A DNA stretch of 64,000 nucleotides from Candidatus Dadabacteria bacterium (GTDB lineage: Bacteria > Desulfobacterota_D > UBA1144 > Nemesobacterales > CSP1-2), in assembly GCA_963805855.1 (NCBI GenBank), contig CAWDVW010000006.1, forward strand, positions 270,621 through 334,620, given 5' to 3'. The position numbers were made by a program, and so were the translations under genes. A model generated the notes under the pieces. That model searched no databases. It saw nothing but the letters and a program-made list of their open reading frames with translations, and was not told where the DNA came from. Numbering within the stretch: position 1 is the stretch's first letter; each line of letters begins with the position of its first letter. Below are positions 30,799 to 41,386 of the stretch, piece by piece.

Positions 30799-31449
30799 TC
30801 ATCTTTTCACATCTTTCCAATCTGACAGAAATCTTTCGAGGCCAGCATCTGTTAATGGATGCTTTAAGAGTTGCTTGAAAACCTTGTAGGGCATGGTCGA
30901 AACATGTGCTCCTGCCTTTCCGGCCTCAACTACATGTACAGGATGTCTGATGCTTGCTACTAATACCTGGGTGTTAAAGGCATAATTCTTGTAGATATCA
31001 ACGATATCTTTCACTATGTTCATACCAATTTCCGAGATATCGTCAAGCCTTCCAACAAATGGGCTTACATAGGTCGCGCCCGCTTTAGCGGCAATTAATG
31101 CCTGTGAAGGTGAAAACACAAGTGTGACATTAACTTTAATTCCCTCATCAGATACGATCTTTGTTGCCCTGATTCCGTCTTCTGTAAGAGGCATTTTTAC
31201 AACAACATGTGGGTGAATTTCGGCAAGGTCTCTGGCTTCGTCGAGCATTCTCTCTATGTCAGTGCTTATTACCTCAGCGCTTACCGGTCCATCTACAATC
31301 TCGCATATTTCCTTTACCAATTGTTTAAATCCCTTCTGTTCTCCTTGTTTTGAAACCAGGGTAGGGTTTGTGGTTACACCGTCCAGAATTCCAATACTAG
31401 CGGCGTCCCTTATTTCATCCAGGTTCGCGGTGTCCAGGAAGAATTTCAT
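30799..31449 (-). CDS. fsa: Transaldolase / fructose-6-phosphate aldolase (short type)
   Basis: MKFFLDTAN start with [43 protein letters not shown]. Confidence 0.93.
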   Translation of the reverse strand: MKFFLDTANLDEIRDAASIGILDGVTTNPTLVSKQGEQKGFKQLVKEICEIVDGPVSAEVISTDIERMLDEARDLAEIHPHVVVKMPLTEDGIRATKIVSDEGIKVNVTLVFSPSQALIAAKAGATYVSPFVGRLDDISEIGMNIVKDIVDIYKNYAFNTQVLVASIRHPVHVVEAGKAGAHVSTMPYKVFKQLLKHPLTDAGLERFLSDWKDVKR

Positions 31450-31600
31450 CGCGTAGCCTCCTATATCGTTACCCGAATATAACATAATTTATTTATCGAG
31501 TGAAGATGAATAGATAGTTTCTATCAGAGTTTATCTGGATTTGACAAACTTTCGAATATCTGAAGAATATCATTTTAACTTTTTCAACAGCGTGGTAAAC

Positions 31601-31894
31601 ATGTCTAATAGAAAGAAATCGGCAGTTAAAAGGCACCGGCAGAACTTGAAAAGAAGATCCAGGAATATGAATACGCGTTCGAAACTGAGGACCCTTGCTA
31701 AAAGCATTAGCTCCGCTATCGATGCTAATGATGTTGCTAAGGCGCAAGAGATCTTAAGGGTTACGATGGCCGAGTTTGATAAGGCTGGTTCAAAGGGTGT
31801 AATTCATAAAGGGACGGCATCACGAAACATATCCAGGTTCTCAAAAAAGGTATCTAACCTGTCAAAATCATTACAACAAGCTTCTTCTACGTAA
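31601..31894 (+). CDS. rpsT: 30S ribosomal protein S20
   Basis: MSNRKKSAVKRHRQNLKRRSRN...KGVIHKGTASRNISR; adjacent to holA. Confidence 0.93.
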   Translation: MSNRKKSAVKRHRQNLKRRSRNMNTRSKLRTLAKSISSAIDANDVAKAQEILRVTMAEFDKAGSKGVIHKGTASRNISRFSKKVSNLSKSLQQASST

Positions 31895-31906
31895 CCATTT
31901 TAATTG

Positions 31907-32905
31907 TTACCTGCACATTTCCAAAACTAATTTTGTGAGAATCTGATGACTTGGAAGAGAGCTGGTCTTTAATTTTTTATCCACCTGGTAGAGACTTTTC
32001 ATTATTTCCCTGATCTCCGCCGAAGTAAGGTTTTTTGCATGTTCCCTTGCATAGTACAGGGCTCCCGACGAAATTTTAACTTCCTTAAGAATTTGCTCCT
32101 TTGTGAATTTCTTCTCAATAAGCTCCTTTACTCTCCAGATAAGTCTAAATCTCCAGCTCAACATGTTAAGTATCGATAGAGGGTCCTCGTTCTTCAATTC
32201 AAGATCCAGCAATGCTCTTAGTGCATTTTTCATATCCTTTTTGGCAATTGAATTTAATAGTTGGAAGATATTTTCAAACTTGATTTTTTCTGTAATCCTT
32301 TCTACATCGGCAGCGTCGATTTTCTTTTTGCCAGCAGTGTATAGTGATAGTTTTTCTATCTCTGTCTTGATGTCCTGCAAATTTTCGCCTATTAGGGATG
32401 TCAAACGCAGAACCGCCTCGTTCGTTATATCATGACCGCACTCTGCAGCGATTTCCCTGATCGATGAATGCATGTTGTTTTTATCAACTGTCGTATCGAC
32501 TATAAAAATATTCTCATTATTTTTATTCTCTATACCCTTAGTGTTATTGAATTGAAATACCAGACAAGTAAACGACGAAGGTGATTGAAAGTACTTTTCA
32601 AACGCTTTCAGCTCAGACGTAGATAATTTCTCCGCATTTTTCAATAAGATGAGCCTCTTGTTTCCAAACATCGGGTAGGTTTGTGCCAAAGAGATAATAT
32701 CCTCTGCAGATGCTGTATCGCCGTGAAAAAGCAAGTAGTTAAGCTCGGGGTTCTTAATTAAGATGTGCTTTTTTAATCTATCAATGGCCTGTTCTGTTAA
32801 AAATGTTTGTTCTCCAGTGAAAAAATAGACGGGTCTGACCACATTGTTATCAAGATTACTGTAAAGACTTTGCATATTGATTCTATTTGGTGTCTTCTTT
32901 TTCAT
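31907..32905 (-). CDS. holA: DNA polymerase III delta subunit
   Basis: VYFFTGEQTFL, TYPMFGNKRLILLK, EIEKLSLY, NIFQL, DKKLKTS; convergent with rpsT. Confidence 0.88.
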   Translation of the reverse strand: MKKKTPNRINMQSLYSNLDNNVVRPVYFFTGEQTFLTEQAIDRLKKHILIKNPELNYLLFHGDTASAEDIISLAQTYPMFGNKRLILLKNAEKLSTSELKAFEKYFQSPSSFTCLVFQFNNTKGIENKNNENIFIVDTTVDKNNMHSSIREIAAECGHDITNEAVLRLTSLIGENLQDIKTEIEKLSLYTAGKKKIDAADVERITEKIKFENIFQLLNSIAKKDMKNALRALLDLELKNEDPLSILNMLSWRFRLIWRVKELIEKKFTKEQILKEVKISSGALYYAREHAKNLTSAEIREIMKSLYQVDKKLKTSSLPSHQILTKLVLEMCR

Positions 32906-33006
32906 CTTGAAAACTGGAAGGAGTTTATGGATTAATTATATTTCATTAGCAACGCTTCGGCAATTTATCTAAGATCATAGTTTGGTAGTCTACAAAGGGA
33001 AACAAT

Positions 33007-33738
33007 ATGATACGACGCTACGTTGAATGGATATACCTCGAAGATGTAGAGTACTCTTTTGGCATTGACCTGCAGAGTATATTACACGAAAAGGTGTCCC
33101 GTCTAAGCTCAGATACAACAGGATTTCTTTTGCTTGTCCAACATAGATCAGTTATTACGGTTGGAAGGTTCGGTAAAAATAGTAACATCCTGTACACCGA
33201 AGAATATCTAAAAGAAAGGGGTATTGCCGTACATAAGACATCCCGTGGGGGAGATGTCACTTTTCATGGGCCGGGCCAGCTCGTTGGATACCCAATAATA
33301 AATCTGAGGGGTTTTAAGTTGGGGATTAGATCTTATGTCCATTTATTGGAGGAAACAATCATAGAAGTCCTTAAATATTTTGATATAGTGGCGGAGAGGA
33401 GGGAAAAGTACCCGGGTGTTTGGGTTGGCAGAGAAAAGATCGCCTCAATAGGTATCCAGGTGAGTAAACATACGTCTATGCATGGAGTGGCAATGAATGT
33501 GAGCAATGACCTCGATAACTTTTCTCTGATAGTGCCCTGCGGCATTAGTGAGGGGGTTGTTACATCCATAAAGAAATTGATTAACGGTACAATTCCGCTC
33601 AGGCAGGTCGCGCATTGCTTTGCGAAGGAATTCGGGAAGATATTCGATGCTGAAATCGGGGAAATTCTAGATTTGAGCAGATCGTCTCTTCTGATAGACG
33701 AAAACAGTACCGATATAATTGAAAAGCTTATGATTTAA
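33007..33738 (+). CDS. lipB: Lipoyl(octanoyl) transferase
   Basis: RGGDVTFHGPGQLVGYPI, GVWV, KIASIG, HGVAMNV, IVPCGI. Confidence 0.95.
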   Translation: MIRRYVEWIYLEDVEYSFGIDLQSILHEKVSRLSSDTTGFLLLVQHRSVITVGRFGKNSNILYTEEYLKERGIAVHKTSRGGDVTFHGPGQLVGYPIINLRGFKLGIRSYVHLLEETIIEVLKYFDIVAERREKYPGVWVGREKIASIGIQVSKHTSMHGVAMNVSNDLDNFSLIVPCGISEGVVTSIKKLINGTIPLRQVAHCFAKEFGKIFDAEIGEILDLSRSSLLIDENSTDIIEKLMI

Positions 33739-33826
33739 GGTGGTTATGTCTCAACCAAAGGAGCCCTCCAGGCTTCGAAACCATACGAACGCTGACATTC
33801 GGCGTGCGAACGGATACATGGATAAT

Positions 33827-34703
33827 CTCCTCCCCCTTGACGGGGGAGGATGGAAGGTAGGGGTGACCATTATCCCCCAAAACCCAATTCACCAGCTATC
33901 ACTTCCATTACAATCTCGATATCCTGCAACACCTCATTATTCCAAAATCGTAGTACCTTAAAACCCTTGTCTTCCAGCCATCTATCACGCTTAGCATCAT
34001 AAAATTTGAATTTGTCATGTTGTCCTCCATCCACTTCAATAATTAATTTCTTTTCTAAACAGACAAAGTCAACTATGAATGGTCCTAAAGGATGCTGTCT
34101 TCTAAACTTATACCCTCCCATCCGACGAAGCCGAATATGGGCCCACAATTTTCTTTCTGCGTCTGTAGGATTTTTTCTCAAATCCCTTGATCTATTAACA
34201 AGCATTTGTTAACCCCCTTCCTAACCTTCCCCCTTACAAGGGGAAGGGATAGTTTCTAGATTTCCTGGATTTTCAGCGGGATCGAAGTACGTGTACCAAT
34301 TATAATCCACCCTTATCCTTCGGGGATATTCAAAAGTAGGAAACGTTAGTCCCTATTAAGTCTTTATACTCCAATATCTCCTCCCCCCAACGTGTTGGGG
34401 GAGGACTAAGGTGGGGGTTACATCTCTGCATAACCCAATTCGTTGCGATGTTTCTAGTCATTTTCTACTAACCCCATCCTAGCCTTCCCCCTTTTTCAAA
34501 GGGGAAGGATTTAAAATTCACTTACCTTTTTTAGGTGGAATGGGCTGTTGATAATTAATTATACGACCATTTATTCGTTGTGGTTGAGGGCGAGAAAAAA
34601 TATAATAACTGCAATATAAATTAATGTACCGCCCCGTATTGATCTCCCTTTAGGGGGTAAAATTCTCCTCCCACACCTGTGGGAGTGGATTAAGTTGGGG
34701 GGT
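33827..34703. repeat. Array of ~40-bp hairpin repeats in alternating orientation around the DUF559 gene
   Basis: Copies at 33827-33866, 34212-34249, 34378-34418, 34471-34509 and 34665-34703. Approximate consensus ACCCCY..CCT..CCTYCCCC-loop-GGGGRAGG. Confidence 0.85.
33870..34205 (-). CDS. DUF559 (Vsr-like) endonuclease domain protein
   Basis: LRKNPTDAERKLW, KFRRQHP, FIVDFVC, IIEVDGGQH, D..RD.WL...GFKVLRFWN. Confidence 0.93.
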   Translation of the reverse strand: MLVNRSRDLRKNPTDAERKLWAHIRLRRMGGYKFRRQHPLGPFIVDFVCLEKKLIIEVDGGQHDKFKFYDAKRDRWLEDKGFKVLRFWNNEVLQDIEIVMEVIAGELGFGG

Positions 34704-34716
34704 ATTTTTTTTACTA

Positions 34717-35157
34717 TCAGGACTCCCTTTCACAAGTCTCTAGGTCATTGAAAAAGTATTTTATTTCAAATAGGGCTGATTCAGGAGAGTCAGACCCGTG
34801 AACGATATTCTGTTCTATATTGGATGCGTAATCGCTTCTAATTGTTCCTTTGACGGCTTCTTGAGGATTTGTCGCACCCATTATTTCGCGCAGCTTGTTT
34901 ATCGCATTCTCACCTTCAAGTAGAATAACTACACAAGGCCCAGAGGACATGAAATTCGTAAGACTCGAGAAGAATGGCCTGTCTTTATGTACAGCGTAAA
35001 ATCCTTCTGCTTGTTTTTTTGAGAGACTTATCATTTTCAATCCAATCAACCTAAGGTCGGCACTTTCAAACCGAGTCAAGACCTCACCGATCAAATTCCT
35101 TCTGACGCCATCAGGTTTAACTATAGAGAGTGTCCTTTCCAATTTTACAGCCTCCAA
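34717..35157 (-). CDS. ndk: Nucleoside diphosphate kinase
   Basis: [41 protein letters not shown]. Confidence 0.96.
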   Translation of the reverse strand: MEAVKLERTLSIVKPDGVRRNLIGEVLTRFESADLRLIGLKMISLSKKQAEGFYAVHKDRPFFSSLTNFMSSGPCVVILLEGENAINKLREIMGATNPQEAVKGTIRSDYASNIEQNIVHGSDSPESALFEIKYFFNDLETCERES

Positions 35158-35501
35158 GCTTTTATTTTCCGGTTAAGTTTTCTTCTAAGCCGTTGATTTG
35201 TCAAATTATTTTTAGAAAACACCGGCTTAAGACGTATATTAAAGATGATTAATTTTGTTGATCAATTTTTCAAATGTACGGTGCTCGGTATACTAGATTG
35301 AAATGCTCAAGTATCTATGGATGATATTTATTTTGAAAGCTGCTTTATCGACGCAACTTTAATTAGTTGTGCTAATGTATTAACTTTTATAAGACGCAAA
35401 AAGATATTTTAAAAACTGAGGCTTGTCATTATTATTGGAAGAGAATATTGAGTCATATTTATCTGAATCCTTTGTTGAGATATTAAGTTAAAAGTACCTT
35501 T

Positions 35502-36050
35502 ATGGCGGGATCTTCAGTGCCGGAAGCTAATTCTGATACGGATTACGGTCAAAAAAAGAGGTGTTGGTATGCCGTATACACTGTAGTTAGGCACGAAAAG
35601 GCTGCAGACAGCGCCCTTAAACAGAAACAAATAGAAACATTTTTACCCCTTCGAGAGATTACAAGTCAATGGAAAGATAGAAAGAAAAGGGTTCTTTTAC
35701 CACTTTTCCCCGGATACCTCTTTGTAAACACAACGCTGGACTATAAATTAAATATTCTCAATACCCCTGGGATAGTTAGGATTCTTGGTATATCCGGAAC
35801 GCCTGCTCCAATACCAGAGGATCAGATCGACTCGATAAGGAAGCTCCTTGAGAGCAAGGTGCCATTCGATCCACATCCCTATTTGAAAGAGGGGGAAATG
35901 GTGATCGTGACCCACGGGCCCCTTCAGGGGATAGTTGGAAGAATTTTAAAGAGGAGAGGGTTAAATAAGCTGATACTCTCAGTTGATCTTATTAAGAGAG
36001 CCATTTCGGTGGAAATAGATATCGGAATGGTTGAGATAATAGAGTCTTAA
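35502..36050 (+). CDS. Specialised NusG paralog (UpxY/LoaP/RfaH-like antiterminator)
   Basis: WYAVYT..RHEK, FLPL, WKDRKK.V..PLFPGYLFV NGN domain and a KOW motif (GEMVIVTHGPLQG). Not in secE-rplK context. Confidence 0.88.
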   Translation: MAGSSVPEANSDTDYGQKKRCWYAVYTVVRHEKAADSALKQKQIETFLPLREITSQWKDRKKRVLLPLFPGYLFVNTTLDYKLNILNTPGIVRILGISGTPAPIPEDQIDSIRKLLESKVPFDPHPYLKEGEMVIVTHGPLQGIVGRILKRRGLNKLILSVDLIKRAISVEIDIGMVEIIES

Positions 36051-36497
36051 CCTACTTACATCATTCAACAGTTTTTGTTTATGATGATAATGCAATAGGT
36101 CTGTATGGAATCTTGAATTGATACGTCTATAATTACTTAAATTATTCCAATAGCCCCAAATTCCTTTATAATTAAAGCAACTTGCGATTACTATCTTAGG
36201 CGCATTAAGAGTGTAGTCCTGATATAGGTGTCTAATATTTGCTCAAAATGGCTTAGATTATCTGAACGTCATATTTATGAAAATCTTCCGATTCTCGTTA
36301 AAAGAGATGAATAAGCCTATAAGCCGAGCAAATATAAATAATTTCGGCAAGTTAAGAACATTACATCAATTTAGTTTTGGAAGGTCAGGTTATCAATGAC
36401 ACCTATGAAAATAATGCTTGACATTGACTTTCAATATATACTATCATTGTATTTATAATGGCTTGTGAAACGCTGTCAAAGGATAAATATTATCTAA

Positions 36498-37790
36498 ATG
36501 TCGGAAATAAAAACCCGAAGTTCATTACAAGATACTCAATTTACACAGATAGCGAATGAAATTGCTCTAAAAGCAAAAGATGCCTCTAATTCTCTAGCCA
36601 AAGTAACTTCTCGTTCCAAGGACGAAGGCCTGTTAGCTATGTCCAGGCTGATCTCTTCTGAATCGAGTTTTATACTAGAAGAGAATAATAAGGACATAGA
36701 AGACGCTAGAAATAAAGGTCTGTCTTCTGCCTTCATTGACAGACTTACACTTAGTCCCGCCCGAATAAAGGCCATGTCAGATGGCTTGAGGGAGATTGTT
36801 GCCCTTCGTGATCCAGTTGGTGAGATTCTCAGAATGTGGAAAAGACCAAATGGGCTAATCGTTGGAAAGATGCGGATACCTATCGGTGTAATTGGAATAA
36901 TATATGAAGCTAGGCCTAACGTAACCGTGGATGGTGCGGGTTTATGTATAAAAGCTGGCAATGCTGTGATTCTGAGGGGGGGGTCAGAATCAATAAGATC
37001 TAATCTGGCCATCGGGGAATTGCTAAGGAAAGCCCTTGACGAGACTGATCTTCCCGAAGATTCGATACAAGTGGTTCCCGTTGCTGATAGGTCTTTTGTT
37101 CTAGAGATGTTGAAGCTTGAGAATCTTATTGACCTTATAATACCCAGAGGAGGGGAGGGGCTGATAAGGTTTGTCACTGAGAACTCAAGGATTCCAGTAT
37201 TGAAGCACTATAAGGGGGTATGCCATATTTTTGTTGATGAATACGCTGATCTGGAAATGGCTGAGAGCGTTTGTATCAATGCCAAGGTTCAAAGGCCAGG
37301 CGTATGCAATGCTGTGGAGACTTTACTTGTCCATGAGGGTATAGCAGAAGAATTTCTTCCCAGACTCGTCAAAAGACTTGAGGCCGAGAGGGTTGAAATT
37401 CGTGGTTGCAACAGAACTAAACAGATTGTTCCGCTTGTCAAAGATGCAACTGAGGGGGATTGGTATAACGAATACCTGGATTTGATAATAAACGTTAAGG
37501 TTGTTATTAACATGGAGGATGCAATATCGCATATCGAGAAATATGGATCGAACCATACGGAGGCAATCATAACTGAAAGTTATCATAATGCTCAGTACTT
37601 TTTGAATAGTGTGAATTCATCAACCGTTCTGGTTAATGCATCTACCAGGTTTAGTGATGGATTTGAGCTTGGTTTGGGTGCAGAGATCGGCATCAGTACT
37701 TCAAAACTCCATGCCTATGGCCCTATGGGGTTGGAAGAGCTTACGGTTACAAAATACATAATTTATGGGGATGGACAAATACGAAATTAA
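36498..37790 (+). CDS. proA: Gamma-glutamyl phosphate reductase
   Basis: [59 protein letters not shown]. Confidence 0.96.
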   Translation: MSEIKTRSSLQDTQFTQIANEIALKAKDASNSLAKVTSRSKDEGLLAMSRLISSESSFILEENNKDIEDARNKGLSSAFIDRLTLSPARIKAMSDGLREIVALRDPVGEILRMWKRPNGLIVGKMRIPIGVIGIIYEARPNVTVDGAGLCIKAGNAVILRGGSESIRSNLAIGELLRKALDETDLPEDSIQVVPVADRSFVLEMLKLENLIDLIIPRGGEGLIRFVTENSRIPVLKHYKGVCHIFVDEYADLEMAESVCINAKVQRPGVCNAVETLLVHEGIAEEFLPRLVKRLEAERVEIRGCNRTKQIVPLVKDATEGDWYNEYLDLIINVKVVINMEDAISHIEKYGSNHTEAIITESYHNAQYFLNSVNSSTVLVNASTRFSDGFELGLGAEIGISTSKLHAYGPMGLEELTVTKYIIYGDGQIRN

Positions 37791-37812
37791 ATTAGTACAA
37801 GGAGGATGTTGA

Positions 37813-39153
37813 GTGAGACGAAGAAGACTAAAAACAAATTCGCGCAATCATATTTCAGTACAGGTAAGTAAGGGAGTAAAATCAATTTCTAAGGATACGA
37901 ATAAAAGGATCAAGATCAAGAAAAATTCTCATAATGATTACCCATTAGAGGAAGTCGATGTCTTAAAGGAGGGCTTCTTTATTCCTTTAGATATAGATGA
38001 GAGCATTATGTCTGAATTAAATGATGAAGGGTTCGATCTTCAGTTAGAAAGCTCAAAGGATGGCGCAACTGGAAAAAAGAAAAAGGAGTGGACACCTGAC
38101 GATGAGTTTAGACTGCTTCAAGTATATTTCAAGGAGATGGGAACCGAGCCACTTCTTTCGCCGAAGCAGGAAGTAGAAGTGTCTGCTAAAATAAAGAAGT
38201 GTGAAGCTAGGGCGAAGGAGGCAAAAAAAATTCTTGAAAAGGTCTTCAAGAGTAAGCTTGGCGAACCTTTGGAAGAAGTAATATCTGGTTTGAAGGCTTT
38301 TTCTCTCGGAAAGTTCAAAAGGGGTCATTCAGGGAAGAAGTACAAAAGCAAGAAGGGCATGAGCGTAGATCTTACTCCGGGTCGTATCCGAAGTTATAGT
38401 GTGTTAACTAAAGCTTATCAGACAAGGGCTCGACGGTTTAAGGAAAGGTTCGTCAAGGCCAATTTGAGGCTTGTTGTAAGCATAGCCAAGAGGTATATGG
38501 GCAGGGGACTGCCTCTGCCTGACCTTATTCAAGAAGGAAACGTTGGTTTAATGAGGGCAGTGGAGCGATTTGATCATAGAAAGGGTTTTAAATTCTCAAC
38601 TTATGCATCTTGGTGGATCCACCAGGCCATTTCCAGGTCGTTACTGGATCAGACAAGAACAATCAGGGTACCTGTCTATGTCCTGGAGCAGGCAAGTAAG
38701 GTGCATAAAATAACCTCACTTATCCATAGAGAAACTGGAAGAAAGCCTTTTCCAGAGGAGATTTCTAAGAAATCTGGTATCTCTATAGAGGGAGTGAAAA
38801 GGGTTATAGATGCCACAAAGGACGTTGTACATCTCGATTCTCCCATACTTGACGGCGAGAAAACTACACTTATGGAATTTATACCTGATGAGGAGTCACC
38901 AACACCTGACTCAGCAGTTGCCAAAGCGACTCTTTCAGATAAGATGAGAGTTGCTTTGTCAAATTTATCATCAAGAGAAGAGCAGATCCTAAAGATGAGA
39001 TTTGGGATTGGCTTTGAAACAACGTATACACTGGATGAAATTGGCAGGTATTTTTGTCTTACACGCGAGAGGATCAGACAGATTGAGAAGAGATCTCTCG
39101 AAAAACTTGAAGGTTCTGACGTTGGCGGAATGCTAAAAAGCTTTATTGATTAG
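37813..39153 (+). CDS. RpoD/RpoS-like sigma70 paralog lacking canonical region 1.1
   Basis: ANLRLVVSIAKRY, DLIQEGNVGLMRAVERFD, KFSTYASWWIHQAI, TLDEIG...TRERIRQIE; AAGGAGG RBS before GTG. Confidence 0.9.
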   Translation: MRRRRLKTNSRNHISVQVSKGVKSISKDTNKRIKIKKNSHNDYPLEEVDVLKEGFFIPLDIDESIMSELNDEGFDLQLESSKDGATGKKKKEWTPDDEFRLLQVYFKEMGTEPLLSPKQEVEVSAKIKKCEARAKEAKKILEKVFKSKLGEPLEEVISGLKAFSLGKFKRGHSGKKYKSKKGMSVDLTPGRIRSYSVLTKAYQTRARRFKERFVKANLRLVVSIAKRYMGRGLPLPDLIQEGNVGLMRAVERFDHRKGFKFSTYASWWIHQAISRSLLDQTRTIRVPVYVLEQASKVHKITSLIHRETGRKPFPEEISKKSGISIEGVKRVIDATKDVVHLDSPILDGEKTTLMEFIPDEESPTPDSAVAKATLSDKMRVALSNLSSREEQILKMRFGIGFETTYTLDEIGRYFCLTRERIRQIEKRSLEKLEGSDVGGMLKSFID

Positions 39154-39158
39154 ATTTA

Positions 39159-40814
39159 ATGCTTCTCGGACTTACCCTTAAGAATTTTGCCATTGTTGAC
39201 GACATAACCATAAATTTCGGCAGTGGCCTAAACATCGTTACTGGGGAGACAGGGGCGGGAAAATCCATAATCGTCAATGCGATTAATTTTATCCTTGGTG
39301 ACAGGGCGTCGTCCGACCTTATTAAATCCGGGGAGGATGAGGCCCAGGTTGAGGCCCTCTTTGATATAAGCGATGATAGCGAGTTTTTGGGAAGGCTGGG
39401 TTCCTTAGGGATTCAAACTGGCGGCGGTGAGGTTTTGATCAAGAGGGTTTTTTCTGTCAGTGGAAAAGGACGAGTGTATATCAATGGTAACTTGGCCACA
39501 ATTGGGATGCTTGGTCAAATAACAAATGGAATCATTGATGTATTCAGCCAGCACGAGCATCAGAGTCTTCTAAGAGAAGGTAATCAATTGAAAGTCCTTG
39601 ATGAATTCGGTGGATTGATGGAAATTTGCTTGAGCTTTTCTGAGCTTTTCCGGGAATATGTTGAGGTCAAAAAGGAACTAGAGGAAATGAGAATGCGCTA
39701 TGATGGCCAAGTGAAAAAACAGGATTTTTTAAGGTTTCAGTGTAGCGAAATTGATTCGGCGAATCTAAAGGTTGGAGAGGATCAGCAGCTTGAACGGGAG
39801 AAATTGAAGTTGTCGAACGCCGAACAACTATTTTCAGTTTCAAAAGAGGCATACGAAATTGTGTACGAAAGTGATGAATCGATAATTGATAAATTGAAAA
39901 GGGTTAAAAGCAGCATAGATAATGCTGCGAAGGTGGACGAGAGTTTACTAGGTTTATCTGAAGCCCTGGAAAGGGGAATGTCCGAGATTGAAGATTCGGC
40001 TTTTCGTCTTAGAGATTATTGCTCTAAAATTCATTATAGTCCAGAGAGATTGAGTCAAATTGAGGATCGCCTACTAGAAATAAAGAGATTAAAGAGAAAA
40101 TACGGTAATACGATTGAAGAGTTAATTGAGAAGCGAGAAGAGATGGGAGAAGAACTATTAAATCTAACCGATTTCGAAGAGAAGGAGAAAAGGTTACAAG
40201 CTGATGTGGATCTTCTGAAAAGTAAGGTGGATTATGGTGTAAGAGAACTCTCGAAAGCAAGATTAAATGCGGCAGGACGATTGTCGAGGCAAGTCGAAAA
40301 GCGTCTTGAGGAAGTGGGTATAAAAGGGGGTAGGTTACTCATCGATTTCGATAGAAAGGCAATCTCTTCAGATGGTTATGATAAGATTACTTTTCTCTTT
40401 TCTGCCAATCCTGATGAAAAACCCCGGCCTCTATCAAAGGTTGCTTCCGGAGGAGAGCTTTCACGAATAATGCTGGTTTTAAAAGAGGTAATCTCAAGGG
40501 CGGAAGGCGGGTCTATATTAATATTTGATGAAGCGGACTCTGGTATCGGGGGGGCAGTAGCAGAGACTGTTGGCAAGAAGATTAAAAGTCTTTCAAAAAG
40601 GCATCAGATAATTTGTATAACTCACCTTCCTCAGGTCGCGAAATTTGCGGATATACATTTCAAGGTGACAAAAGAATTTCAGTATGATTCGACTAAGGTT
40701 GATATCAAAGAACTAGGTGAAGAGGAGATTATCAAGGAAATCGCCAGGATGCTGGGTGGCATCAAGATTACGGAAAAAACGTTGGCAGCTGCGCGAGAAA
40801 TGTTCGAACATTAA
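39159..40814 (+). CDS. recN: DNA repair protein RecN
   Basis: TGETGAGKS Walker A, SQHEHQ, ASGGELSR, IFDEADSGIGG, CITHLPQVA, EIARMLGG. Confidence 0.96.
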   Translation: MLLGLTLKNFAIVDDITINFGSGLNIVTGETGAGKSIIVNAINFILGDRASSDLIKSGEDEAQVEALFDISDDSEFLGRLGSLGIQTGGGEVLIKRVFSVSGKGRVYINGNLATIGMLGQITNGIIDVFSQHEHQSLLREGNQLKVLDEFGGLMEICLSFSELFREYVEVKKELEEMRMRYDGQVKKQDFLRFQCSEIDSANLKVGEDQQLEREKLKLSNAEQLFSVSKEAYEIVYESDESIIDKLKRVKSSIDNAAKVDESLLGLSEALERGMSEIEDSAFRLRDYCSKIHYSPERLSQIEDRLLEIKRLKRKYGNTIEELIEKREEMGEELLNLTDFEEKEKRLQADVDLLKSKVDYGVRELSKARLNAAGRLSRQVEKRLEEVGIKGGRLLIDFDRKAISSDGYDKITFLFSANPDEKPRPLSKVASGGELSRIMLVLKEVISRAEGGSILIFDEADSGIGGAVAETVGKKIKSLSKRHQIICITHLPQVAKFADIHFKVTKEFQYDSTKVDIKELGEEEIIKEIARMLGGIKITEKTLAAAREMFEH

Positions 40815-40843
40815 CGATATTTTATTTAACGACCCCCCGATTC

Positions 40844-41386
40844 TTATACCGCAAATACAACGGCGGCAACCACCGTTGTCCATAGACCATTCTTATCACC
40901 AACGGCAGATTGTGTTACGTTTCTCGTCTTAACAGTATGGCCACTTATCTTCCAAATATCTTTCTGTTCATCATAGCTCTTGTCAGGATCAAATGGCGCA
41001 TCCAATATTGTCGCCAGCATGTAAGCCGCAAGGTCCTCCGCATATTCGCCCGCGAGCGTGTCATTCTGGCCAAAACTGTGGTGTTCAGAAAGATACCCAT
41101 AGCGATTCGGATCCTTTGGAATCGCCATTCCTACGGAAGCTGCAACAAGCCTGTTTGGTTCATCCGTCGCGTTCTCACTCATGACCACATAAACGACTTG
41201 TCCGGGCTTGAGAAGCTTTAGCCCGCCCGAGGTAGATATCAGCTTGCATTTTGCGGGGAAAATGCTTGATACTTTAACGAGGTTGAATTCGGCAATCCTT
41301 GCGTCTCGAAGCGCCATCTCGAAGCTAGTTAACTTTTCTTTATGCTTGCCCACTCCTTTTGTTACAAAGGCGCTCTTAGGTACCAC
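40844..41386 (-). CDS. pdaD: Pyruvoyl-dependent arginine decarboxylase
   Basis: SFEMALRDA, FNLVKVSSI (Ser-Ser cleavage site), YGYLSEHH, WTTVVAAVV. Confidence 0.9.
   Translation of the reverse strand: MVPKSAFVTKGVGKHKEKLTSFEMALRDARIAEFNLVKVSSIFPAKCKLISTSGGLKLLKPGQVVYVVMSENATDEPNRLVAASVGMAIPKDPNRYGYLSEHHSFGQNDTLAGEYAEDLAAYMLATILDAPFDPDKSYDEQKDIWKISGHTVKTRNVTQSAVGDKNGLWTTVVAAVVFAV

Noticed and set aside
33827-34703. CRISPR array
   Set aside because: Repeats alternate in orientation, are degenerate and irregularly spaced, and there are no cas genes.
36536-37177. Long antisense ORFs (here and opposite the antiporter, RND and asmA genes)
   Set aside because: Shadow frames of well-supported genes on the other strand.
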